Origin: Convolutriloba macropyga
Lineage: Eukaryota
Direction: 5' to 3'
Length of the DNA: 64,000 bases
NCBI RefSeq assembly: GCF_964194025.1
Contig: NC_134474.1
Location: 54,250,001-54,314,000 of the forward strand
A program made the translations under genes and the position numbers. The notes under the pieces were generated by a model. It did no database searches and was not told the origin of the DNA. It worked only from the letters and a program-made list of their open reading frames with translations. Each line of letters starts with the position of its first letter. Within the stretch, counting starts at the first letter, position 1. Shown here one piece after another: positions 1-10,861 of the stretch.

Positions 1-2
1 TA

Positions 3-515
3 GTGATTCGGCACGACGTTATCAATAATACGCTGACACCTCAAAAGAAAACAGAAGCCTGTCCCATATCAGAATTATTATCAATTCTCCAAAAGTACAA
101 AACCCGTATCGAAGCCATTGTATATATTCAACGGTTTGGAGCTCCTCTGGCTCTCAGCCAGTTGAGGTCAACTGGAATCGTAGTTATCAAAGCTTTCAAG
201 AAGCTCATATCACACCGAAATAGAGAGAACGCCACGTTAATTAACGATTTAAGTCAACTCCATCCGTCAGTCAAATCGGAAGCTCGTCTGCTGTTTGTGG
301 TTTGGAAGAAAAGAGCTGAACTAGACAATTTTGGACCCAAGCAATTCAAAAAGTTTAGGCAGAAACCCAAAAAGAACATGCCCTCAAAGAAGCAACGACT
401 GAAAAAGAAAACAACAGGCAGCTTAAGTAAGTACTCTGTGTTCACACTGAGCCTTCTAGATCCTTTTTTGGTGGGGAGGCGAGGTTTGAGCATTTGTACT
501 TGCGACAATGCCTGA
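3..515 (+). CDS. ORF0 of LINE D: C-terminal part of an SGNH/GDSL-hydrolase-like protein with a Lys/Arg-rich tail (5' truncated by window edge)
   Basis: Open 170-codon frame; HDVINN, IEAIVYIQR, LHPSV align with the ORF at 44653-45132(-); its stop overlaps the ORF1 start (ATGccTGA, 508-515). The SGNH assignment is inferred from motif spacing. Confidence 0.65.
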   Translation: MIRHDVINNTLTPQKKTEACPISELLSILQKYKTRIEAIVYIQRFGAPLALSQLRSTGIVVIKAFKKLISHRNRENATLINDLSQLHPSVKSEARLLFVVWKKRAELDNFGPKQFKKFRQKPKKNMPSKKQRLKKKTTGSLSKYSVFTLSLLDPFLVGRRGLSICTCDNA

Positions 516-1487
516 AGGCACACGCTCTAGAAATCAATCTACCAAGTATCCATGCGGAGAATGTAAAAGCGAATGTAAGGACTCATGCCTTTCGTGTTTT
601 GCGTGTGGCACATGGTATCATTCAGGAATGTGTTCTGGTATAGCTGCCAGTATTTTAAGTTCGCTAACAAAGCAAAGTGGTTTAATTTGGTTATGCAAAA
701 ACTGTCAAGAAAGTGCAAAAAGCAAATTGAAAGGAACTGATCAAAACTTTGAGATGCATTCAAAAGTAACACAAATTGAGAAAAAGATGATGGAGAACAG
801 TGCTACAATACCGGGTCTGCCAAAAACAATTGAAAAAGAGATTGAGATCAACTTCTCCAGAATAATTTCGAGGCAAAATTGGATAAGCTAATTGAGAACC
901 AAGAGAAGCCAGAATTGCCTAAACCAACCTACCACACTCCAAATTTTCGAAGTATAATGCGAGAAACTCTAGAGCAGCAAGAGAAGGAAAAAATTGAGAT
1001 TGAAAAATCGGAACAAAACATCGTACTTTTTAGAGTACCGGAAAGCAAAAAGGATAGTCCGGAGAATAGACAATAAGACGACATCGAGTTTTTCTCCGAT
1101 TTTTATATAAACGGTCTTAGCTGCAATGTGCCTGAAGTACAGAAAGCTATAAGGTTGGGCGAACCTCCCTCGCCAACAGATCAAATCAGAAGAAATAGAC
1201 CTCTGAAAATTGTCCTGAGAGACAGAACTGAGAAAGAAGAAATCTTCAAATCCCTTAAAAACTTGAAAACTGCGGATCCTTCCTACAGAGGAATAGGCGT
1301 CTCACACGACTACTCTAAAGAAACGAGAGAACTCATAAAATTGAGGCTATCTGAAGCACGCAAAAAGGACGGACAAAATGCAGAGCGCTACATGTACTTC
1401 ATTAGGGGACCTGCCTCAAGACTTGAAGTCCAGCGTAGGAGAAGAAAATACATACCTCAGCCTGAATCTGAAAATGACGGCTTCTGA
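508..1487 (+). pseudogene. LINE D ORF1, PHD finger + coiled coil + RRM/CTD-like region, frameshifted
   Basis: CGEC..CFAC..WYHSGMC..WLCKNC; NIVLFRVPES, AIRLG, RPLKIVL and SHDYSKETR are typical CR1 ORF1 motifs; split over ORFs 508-891, 879-1076 and 1128-1487. Confidence 0.88.
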
Positions 1488-4322
1488 GTAAGAGGCTCGC
1501 TCAAGCTGCTCCTACTAAATGTTAGAAGCTTACTTAATCTACAAAAGCGAATTAAACTAGTTGATTTTGTCTTGAAACACTCATTTGATTTTTTTCTACT
1601 AACCGAAACATGGCTTACAAGCGACATCAAGAGCTCAGAACTGCTCCTATCTCAATATAATGTAGTTAGGGCTGATAGAAAGTCAAAGAACGAAAAATCT
1701 AAGCACGGAGGACGTCTGATAGCAGTACCAAACAACGTCGGCTTTACTGAAGTAGATATTAGCCACCTTCCAGATGCAATTCAAGAATCCCTGGTAGTTA
1801 TTAAACTAAACCAACCTGACCCAGCCGTAATAGCTCTTTTCTATAACCCACCAAAAGGGTGCTATTTTTTGCCTTCTATCAGTTTTCGCTAATCAAAAAA
1901 TTCTCTTTGCTGGTGATTTTAACTTACCCGGGATAGATTGGGACATATACCAATCTAATGATGCTTATGAAGACTGTTTTGTAAACAAACTTGTCGACGC
2001 TAATTTCAAGCAATGTATTGGTTTCAACACCACCAAATCATCCTGTTTAGACTTAGTCCCAGCCAATGATGAAGGTTTGATAACTTCAATTAATAGATTA
2101 GACGATTTAAAAGACTACTCTGACCATTTTCCAATTCAAATCGAAATAACTAGTGGATCAAGAGAGCCTCAAAAGAAACAAGAAGTGTACTTTAGCTATT
2201 GCAATTGTGATTTCGATTACCTAAATGAGCTCATTGCAAACAATCCTTTTGACCCCTACTGTTACAGCAGCATAGATAAAACCACAGATATGTGGTACGA
2301 TAGGATCTTTCATCTGATAGAAAAAACTACGCCTAGAAGAACTCGACGGAGACAAGAGCTTCCGCCTTGGGTATCATCTTAAACATCGCACAAATTAAAC
2401 AAACTCAGGACACTAAGACGTAAATCGGAACGTTGCGTGAATTTCTCTCCTTACCTAGCCACCCAATTAAGAAAACTAGAAAAACATTTTGCTATCCTGC
2501 AAGAAAGAGACAGACAAGAATACGAAGAAGAAATAATTTCGAGCAGAAACAGATCTAGAATATTCAAATATTTGAAAAGTTTCCAAAAAGAGAAATTCCC
2601 ACCAAAATTGTACATCTTGACTGGAATTCCATTGCACAAAACATCAAAGAAAAAGCAGAATTTTTCAACACGTATTTCTCATCAGTAGTTACTGATGAAA
2701 GTTATGAACAGATTGATGCTCCAGCTCTTCTCGAAGCTGCTGGACAGAAAATAAACTTCACCGAGAAACAAATTACCAAAGAACTGGAAATGCTGGTTGT
2801 CACAAAAAAGAGAGGCGCAGATGGCATTCCCCCAATTCTGCTTAAGAAAACTGCAAATACTGTTTCCAAATTCATTAAAAGTTTGTTCAACAACATTGGA
2901 AGGTTACACAATGTTCCCGGTTCGTGAAAGCATGGTTTGGTCTCACCAATATTCAAAGATGGTAATAAAAGTGAAGTGAAAAATTATAGACCTGTCACAC
3001 TGCTCAACATCATATCCAAAATTTTTGAGAAGTTAGTCTTGAAGTTTTTCGCAGAACATTTGTTGAATAACATTACATCCCGTCAATTTGGTTTTGTACC
3101 GCGGAGGTCTATAATCCTGCAGCTTATCTTGAGTCTGTCCAATATCTTTGAAAATCTTAGTGCATCAGAAGAGTTTTGTTTCCTACTGCTGTTTGACGTC
3201 TCTAAGGCCTTTGACAAAATAAAGCATTCAGTTTTGATGAAGAAGTTAGCAAGGATGAATATACCACGAAGTCTCTTTTTACTTATTAAAGATTATCTGA
3301 CTGGCAGAACACAAAGCGTAAATGTAGACGGCTACCAATCTGAGAAACGTCTGGTCTCTTGCGGAGTTCCCCAAGGCTCTGTACTGGGACCTATCCTCTT
3401 CCTGACCTACATTAACGACCTGCCAAATGTAGTCTTTTCATCTCTGGCACTCTTGTTTGCAGATGATTTAAAACTAATCCATTGTTCCAAAAATGACAGT
3501 CTAGACAAGCTGCAAGTTGACCTAAACAATCTCTACAATTGGAGTGTCCAAAACTGCCTCCTTTTCAATAACAAAAAGTGCTCTTTTACACAATTTGCTT
3601 TCGGGAGTCGTGTCGAGGAGGTTGTACTCTCTCTAGAAAATAATTTGATCCAAGAGAAGAGGGTCGTTAAAGATCTTGGGCTAACTATAGTCGACACCCT
3701 AAATTGGATAGAAAATGTGCGGAATCGAATAGCGAAAGCAATGAAGGCGTTTTATCTCATTCGAAGGAACACAAGCTGCCAAATTTCTATGAAAACTAAG
3801 GTTCACTTATATAGAGCTACTATAAGCCCGACATTAATGTTTGCATCTGAATGCTGGGAGCTAAAGCGAAACGAGTATGAAATTGTAGAGCGGTTTAATA
3901 AAAAGGTCATGAAATGGATGACAAACAGAAATTGTTACAAAGAAGCTATTGTTCAAAGCAATATACTGCCACCACTCTACTTTAAAGTCCTAAAAGAACT
4001 TCTACTTTTTAGCAGCATAGTGTCAGGAAAATACTATGTCGACTTGCGCAACTATTATGTTATTCAATTGGCCGGAAGAAGTTCTAGGGTTATACTGCCA
4101 GAGATTCGATACGAAGCTCAGAGACTCAAATTTTGGTATAGAACTGGATTTCGGGTGAACATCCTCCAAAGGAAAATTAACTTCTTTGACAACATTAATT
4201 CGAAAGGAAGACTTCTAGAATTGATGTGGAAATTTTTCAATGAAAACTGGGCTGAGAATAATTTCTGTAGTTGGATCTTTTTGTGCCTGTGCCAAAACTG
4301 TCGTGCAAATTCTATGTTATAA
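1488..4322 (+). pseudogene. LINE D ORF2: AP endonuclease + reverse transcriptase, several frameshifts/stops in the 5' half; RT portion 2937-4322 open
   Basis: APE begins in frame straight after the ORF1 TGA (VRGSLKLLLLNVRSLLN..FLLTETWL); RT motifs in the 461-aa ORF. Confidence 0.93.
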
Positions 4323-4380
4323 ATCCGGGACTTATACTCCCCGTGAAATTGTCACAAAGCCATAATAATAATAATAATAA

Positions 4381-4927
4381 ACATAGCCGGCAGATTGCCG
4401 GGAAATAGCCGCGATAGACGCTCGTGGCCTTCCATGAATTGAAACACCTAAAGAAATAAGATAGACAGATCGACCACCAGTCCTTTAATAGACCACTAGA
4501 CTTTTTGGGTTAGCTTTGGACTGTCAATTTTTTGACACATACGTTCTATAAGGAAAAAGTCCTTTAAGAGCTATTTCAAAATTGATATTCGAAATCAAAA
4601 ACTCAAGACTAATAATCACGAATTAGGGCATATAAGATTGGCACTACTTAGATGCACACTATTAACTAGTAAATATTCATAAAAAATTAAAGTTCCATAA
4701 GTGTGTTCAGAAGTCATTTTTTTGAGTGAGGTAAGTCACGCAATTGACCTAAAAGCAGAAACGACGTCACGTACATAAACTTTAACTGCAAAGCAATAGA
4801 AGTCACTGAAGTCAATTCCAAGAAGTCAATTCCAAGGAGTCAGGTCGTAAGAATCATCGATGGAGACGGCGAATTAAAAAAAAACCACGATGTCCCCAAT
4901 AATAGCCGCTAACGCTTCGCGGCTATT

Positions 4928-4929
<2 letters not shown>
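4381..4929 (-). mobile_element. Non-autonomous Helentron-type element (HINE/DINE-1-like)
   Basis: 11-bp subterminal inverted repeats AATAGCCGCGA (4404-4414) / TCGCGGCTATT (4917-4927); 10-bp hairpin at one end (4900-4928); short palindrome CCGGCA-GAT-TGCCGG (4387-4401) at the other; A/T-rich flanks, no TSD seen, no coding capacity. Confidence 0.7.
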
Positions 4930-4930
<1 letters not shown>

Positions 4931-4962
<32 letters not shown>

Positions 4963-4966
4963 TATT

Positions 4967-5004
<38 letters not shown>

Positions 5005-5006
5005 CA
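4931..5006. repeat. (TA)n microsatellite running into an assembly gap
   Basis: Direct reading; N gap at 5007-5206. Confidence 0.97.
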
Positions 5007-5206
5007 NNNNNNNNNNNNNNNNNNNNNNNNNNNNNNNNNNNNNNNNNNNNNNNNNNNNNNNNNNNNNNNNNNNNNNNNNNNNNNNNNNNNNNNNNNNNNN
5101 NNNNNNNNNNNNNNNNNNNNNNNNNNNNNNNNNNNNNNNNNNNNNNNNNNNNNNNNNNNNNNNNNNNNNNNNNNNNNNNNNNNNNNNNNNNNNNNNNNNN
5201 NNNNNN
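5007..5206. other. Assembly gap (N run)
   Basis: 200 Ns. Confidence 1.
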
Positions 5207-7019
5207 TATTGGTGCTTTCCTCTCCACTTGTTAGTTATTTTTGTGACTGGGCCATCTTTACACTGTCTGGAGGGGAACAGCTTGGAGTGCAGCATCCGGC
5301 TAAGTGCTACTGATCATCCCTTATTTTCCGACCTACATCCATCGTTGCCGAATGGTGTACACGGTCATTTTTATATATTTAAAAAACAAAGAGAGTAGAT
5401 AGAGTTATACGATTGAAGATTATGAAATCTGGGTCACCTGTCTACCTCTTTTTAAAAACAAGCCATCATCTGATGTGGATATCGAATTTCACAACAAAGC
5501 TGGAGCACAAATGTGAGCACGGATTCTGATTTTTAAATAAGACATTTTGAACGTACTTTACTAATAGAACGTGTAACATTATTCATTTGCCGACGAGTGG
5601 GGGAAAATACTGGATAGTCTTTGCAAAAAAAATCAAATTCGCCCCAGCTTCCACAAATGTCGCTGTGCCGTTTGCAGATGTTAAACGTAACTTAGAACAG
5701 TTGCTTTGAATCATATCTTTTTTTTACCTCTACCTTCTGTAAAGGCCTTTTTTAGCACTGTCAAAAATCTTTCAATGGTATATTTAAGTATTTAACTACT
5801 ACTACTGCCAAAATTGAAGACCAATAGAATTTCGTAGTAAATTGCTCTCTTAATAAACATACAAAAACTCACTCAAGAGTGCTTTTACACCTTTGGCTCT
5901 GGTAACTAGGACTCAATGCCAGACACACGGTCATGGTTTAAAACAGTGTGCTGCAGTAATTTAAATCTAATAAACACTCCGAATTCCCAAAAAAATGCTA
6001 TCAAACAAAAACAATGTGTGCAATGCGAATGCAGCGCGTCCCGATATGGTACACTCCAAAACGTCTACTTTTTCTCAAAATTGTCGAAACACAGAGAATA
6101 ATTTAGGACCTCGCCCGGCCGCTTAATGAACGCAAAGATCATTGGAAATAAAGGAACTATTGTTTGCAGACACAAAGCGTGACAAAATTGAACACCAAAA
6201 AATTCCAACTAGCGTTCAGCTTTTCAATAGCTGATTCTTGACACCATGAGATTCCTGAAACCCTGAGGCTTTGCAAAACAATATGAAGCGTGCAAGAGAA
6301 AGTTTATCTTTTCAGCCACTTTACTTACCTATTAGACCATTTGAGGAACCATTTCCTCCAAACAAAATTTTCTCTCTTGAAATAATACACTCTTAAAGAA
6401 ACTGACGTGAAAAAATTAAAATACCAGACAAAAAACATTTGGTTTTCTACTGGCGACTCCTGGAATCTTTATGATAGGCGTATGACATCACCTTTAGATC
6501 AACCAAAAGACTGAAAACAATAATAAAAATAATTTGAATTTACAACATGTTGAGGGGACTCTCGTCCCGAATTAAAAGTTTGAGTTTACAGTTTCGGCAT
6601 CCGCAAGCAATTCTCCATGAACACAGGTTGTTTTCGCTAAAGTTTTCAGTGAAGTATCACCAGAATATTCGAAGTAACGATGGTTTCAGCCCAATAGGTC
6701 TTGTAATGTCAATAGATGGAAGAAATGATAATAGTCGATTTGTGCGAACAAAAAATTCGTTGCGAGATGAGTCAAATCGTGGTTTTCTGCAACTTGGAAT
6801 TTTTCTTTTTTTCTCGTCTGAGTCCATCCTTCAGAGATATGAAGTCCTCCCAACAGAGATCGTATGCTCCATTGCATTTCTTTGTCAAAGTGAGAACGTC
6901 CAGCATTTCGAGGTAATGGAATAGGAGCACCTCTATAAAGAGTAAGCACTCTTTGTAGTCACTAATGGTTGGCAGAATGGAGCAGTTCTAACTTCATGTC
7001 GCCTCTTGAAGCGTACCAA

Positions 7020-7060
<41 letters not shown>

Positions 7061-7175
7061 AGAGACGTAAATTCCAACAAAAGGAATACATAGTAAAAGA
7101 AAGACATGACAGTACAAATTAACAAAGCACAGTAGCAAATTAAGATCTGCAGTCCACACAGCGACATTTAAGAAA

Positions 7176-9985
7176 TTATGTACATGGCCGATAGTAATTA
7201 AAAGAATGTGTTTTGGCTATGAGAAAATTATCTAAATTCTTGCAAAAAATTTTGAAAGATGACCTAAAGTCAATGAGGTTGATAGAAATTAAGTAATTGG
7301 CGGAGTGGATAGTTCGACTAAGAAAACAGTTGTCAGTTTGGATTTTTTTGTTCAACGGTTGTTCAAAAAAGGTTTTGACTGATCCTCGGGAGCTGAGTGT
7401 CGTACTATTGACATGTAGCTTTAAGTCACTCTCCATTGTTTCATGCCAAGTTTTCCATAGTAGAATAAGGTCAGCTCGCGCAATTTGATAGCAAATTGGA
7501 TACAAATTTAGTTTTGAAAGTGTCTCGTTGTAATCCTCAGACCTAATAACCCAGCGCAACACTTTGCGCTGAAAGTTTTCTAACACTTTCAAAATACCAG
7601 CTGTAACACACCAAGCTTGGGAGCAGTAAAGTAGCACAGCTAAAATCATCGTTTGGTACAACGGTTTCTTGCGGAGAATAGAAACTTGAAACGGTATATT
7701 TCTTTTCAAAAAATTAAAAATTTTATTACATTTCGCAAATTTCATCTTAACATGTGTTGTCCAACAGAAATCTTCAGTAACTAGCATTCCCAAACCCATA
7801 ATCTCTCTAGTGAAAAGAATTTCCGCTTCTCCTAGAAATAAAGGAGATTGGCTGCGTTTAAAGTTCATCGCTTTACACTTTTTTGGATGAAATTCAAGTT
7901 GACTTTTGCGTGACCATTCATAAATACCATTGATGTCAATTTGCAGACCTTCGAAACAATCAACGCATAGCAGCTTTAGGTCGTCGGCATATAAGTAAAC
8001 TTGGGAGTTTTGCAAATGGTCAACAAGATCGTTCATGTACAAGATAAACAGAAGTGGTTCAAGGACACTTCCTTGTGGGACACCAGATGTTACAACGGAG
8101 GGCCTAGAAAAACAAGATCCTCGACGGACAATTTGGTGTCGATCTTCGAGATAATCCGAAAAAAGATGAAGAAAAGCGTCGTCAAACCCAAATGCTGCCA
8201 GTTTTGTTAGTAATTTATGATGCGGAGCGGAATCAAAAGCCTTTTTGATATCAAAATAGACGCTAGCACAAGGAAAATTTTCGTCAGGATTGTTGTAAAG
8301 AACATCAAAATATGAAATAAGTTGAGTAGTTGTGCTGCGTTTCTTCATAAAACCGTGCTGAGCGTTTGTGACTAGCGGCCTAACTATCAGATACAAAAAA
8401 TTGAACATTTTTTTAAAAACAATAGAAAGCTTTGGAAGCAAGCTGATCGGACGATAGTTTATAACGTCACTTGTTGAACCATTTTTGTGCAGTGGTGTGA
8501 TATATGAAGTTTTCCACTCCTTAGGCCAATGCGAGGACTTTTGAATATTTTGAAATAATTCCATAACTGCTGGGGCTAAAACTTGACAGCCATCACGAAG
8601 CAAGAAAGATGGTACTTGATCTGAGCCCATGGAAGAACTGTCAACACATTTGCTCAATATTTTTTGAATTTCCAGAACTCCAAACGTAACATCTTGTAAT
8701 TCAATACTCGAATCTAAAGCTGTTGGAACATTTTTGTGAATTTTACAACCATAGACAGAGCTAAAAAAATCATTGAATGCATTTGCCTTTTTATCGTCAG
8801 TTGAAAAACTGACACCGTCGTAATTCATCACAGGCGGAAAAGCGCTAGTCTCTTTGAGATTCCTGAGTAGCTTGAAACAGTCATTCCTGCTCGTCAAATT
8901 ACATTTCTCAATAAGAAGACTCGTGCCAAGTTCAATTGACTCTGAAAGCTCTGTCTGACTTTCCCTCATTTTCAATGAGTCCGATAGTGTCCAATCTTTT
9001 TCCAGCCTTCTCTTGATTGTCGCGCTTTTATTTAACAAATGCATGGTTTGCGAAGAGTAGAAAAACGGAGCTGATACACGCTTTCGGCGTTTCTTAGCTA
9101 TCGAAACCGGGAACGCATTTTTTCAGCTCATAGTATCATAATGAAAAGAAATCAGAGGCTTTAATTTGGAAAGTTAGAAGTTCGTACAGCAAAAAAAGCT
9201 CTTGATTAAACGCTTGAATACTGAAAGATGATTTCGAGTAAGTAGAGATGCGTATACTTCTGTAATTATTGATGAGTGGAACTTGGAAAATTATTGGAAA
9301 GTGATCTGAGAAATGCTCTTTTGGGAGATGGAATGGAATTGACTCTAGAGAAGTGAAAATGAGATCTAGGCAGTTCCCACGAATGTGCGCAGCCTCATTA
9401 ATTATTTGATTTAGACCTAAGTCCGTGAAAAAATCCAATAAAACATTATCTGAAGAACTAGACGAGGAGAGACATGCCCAAGCTACCTTGGGCATGTTAA
9501 AATCACCTACAACATAGAGCTCGAAATTCGAATTCAGACCACGTTTAAGGCAGAATGTATTAAAATTGTTGATATAAAATGAAATCGATTCCATCAAAAT
9601 ATGATTGCTAAAGAAGAATTTCGAAGATGTTGGCGGTCTGTACACTACAATAAAGAAAACAGCTTTTTCTATTTTGACAACTGCACAAGCAGCTAAAAAG
9701 GGGTAACTGTCTTCTGATAAATCAAATACTAGATGGGACATAGCAGACGATGCTGCTATTAAAACTCCGCCATGTCCATCTTTTTTTTCTGTCTAAGCGT
9801 GAAATAACAGTGTGTGATCCACCAGGGAATATTTCAGAATCTGTAATCTGGTTATCGAGCAAAGTTTCTGTAAGCAATTTTAAGCTAATTTTTTCCACCT
9901 GCACTACTTTCAGCAATATTAATCGTTTTTCAAGACAATTGATAGATTGGCAATTTACAAGTAGACAATTAGCATTCGTTGTTAG
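7176..9985 (-). pseudogene. LINE A ORF2 (APE + RT), frameshifted in APE/linker; 622-aa RT portion open (7176-9044)
   Basis: VNCQS, LTET, VYRPP, GDFN, LDLIF, SDH; NYRPISLL, QHGF, DIKKAFD, GVPQGS, YADDLK. Confidence 0.93.
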
Positions 9986-10861
9986 TCAATTTACCGATTC
10001 ATTCAAGTTCACCAGGTTTTCCTGATAGAAAAGTTGTAAATTTCTGATTCGAAAATCCTTTTTACTTTTGCCTTCACCGATCATCTGAAATCTATTTGAC
10101 AGAATTCTCTTTTCCAATTCTCGATCGGATTGCGTCAAGAACTTTTTGATATTCACTGGAATGCGAAAATTTTTTAGATAATGGCTGCGTGCAAAACAAT
10201 TTTCCGTGAAATGTGGACTGTTTGTTGTAATCAGAATTGGTCTAAAAAGGCGTCTTTCATTGTTAGCAGGGTTTTTGAACTTTCCAAGGCGTCTTGCTTG
10301 CACAATATTTCCGTCTGATTTTAGACCCATAAAAGTGATAACCTCGTTAAGAAGCTTCCTGTCAGACTCTATAAGTTTGTTATAAGAATTTGCATTTTCG
10401 GGCAGACCGTTAATCAGAAACTGCATTGGCTCATTAGCCGTTTTGTGCCCCCTAAATTTCTTATTCGTTAGGACAGCATCACGAAAAGATGGCAAAGTCT
10501 CGTTGAAAACTTTTTCGAAATTGTCCTTGATATGATTAGGCAATGCTAGCTCAATAATTTTCGGTATTTCAGTACCGATTTTAGCAGACAAGGCAACAGC
10601 AACTTTGTCAGCAATTTTATTCTCATCTAAGGTCTTTGTCAACTTAGCTTCGGATGGGAAGAGCTGATCACTATCACAGGTATCACAAATCCATTTGCAG
10701 TTTTTCCTTGCTCCAAGCCAGTCCACATCGTCAACTGATAGAGATACACATGGACCACGGAACCAAAGCTCACACTTCTCGCATGATATTGCCGATTTAT
10801 CATTGTCTTTGATGTTCCATTTACACACACTGCACTTGCAAGGGTTTGACTGTCGTGTCAT
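9986..10861 (-). CDS. LINE A ORF1, PHD-finger protein, 291 aa (unit 1)
   Basis: CSVC..CEKC..WFRGPC..WICDTC (conserved His replaced by Arg); INGLPE, RRLGK, RPILI motifs. Confidence 0.9.
   Translation of the reverse strand: MTRQSNPCKCSVCKWNIKDNDKSAISCEKCELWFRGPCVSLSVDDVDWLGARKNCKWICDTCDSDQLFPSEAKLTKTLDENKIADKVAVALSAKIGTEIPKIIELALPNHIKDNFEKVFNETLPSFRDAVLTNKKFRGHKTANEPMQFLINGLPENANSYNKLIESDRKLLNEVITFMGLKSDGNIVQARRLGKFKNPANNERRLFRPILITTNSPHFTENCFARSHYLKNFRIPVNIKKFLTQSDRELEKRILSNRFQMIGEGKSKKDFRIRNLQLFYQENLVNLNESVN

Larger units (their letters stand above)
1..4380 (+). mobile_element. CR1/L2-group non-LTR retrotransposon 'D' (5' end runs off window), degenerate; ORF0-ORF1-ORF2, 3' stem-loop and (TAA)n tail
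   Basis: PHD ORF1; APE motifs (LNVRS, LTETWL, GDFN, SDH); RT motifs (NYRPVTLL, QFGF, DVSKAFD, GVPQGSVLGP, FADDLK); C-terminal CSW..CxCxxC; (TAA)6 at 4363-4380. Confidence 0.93.

Noticed and set aside
5225-5260. Sm-site-like TATTTTTGT suggesting an snRNA/SL-RNA gene in the repeat unit
   Set aside because: No recognisable snRNA, 5S, tRNA or SL structure around it; the motif is common in AT-rich DNA
6547-6924. Plus-strand ORFs repeated in each unit (e.g. 6547-6924, 9750-10025, 11916-12188)
   Set aside because: Antisense shadows of LINE coding frames; frame not conserved across units in some cases; no motifs
7176-9044. Bacterial RT system (retron, group II intron, DGR)
   Set aside because: The RT is linked to an AP endonuclease, PHD ORF1, simple-repeat tail and TSD, which makes it a eukaryotic LINE
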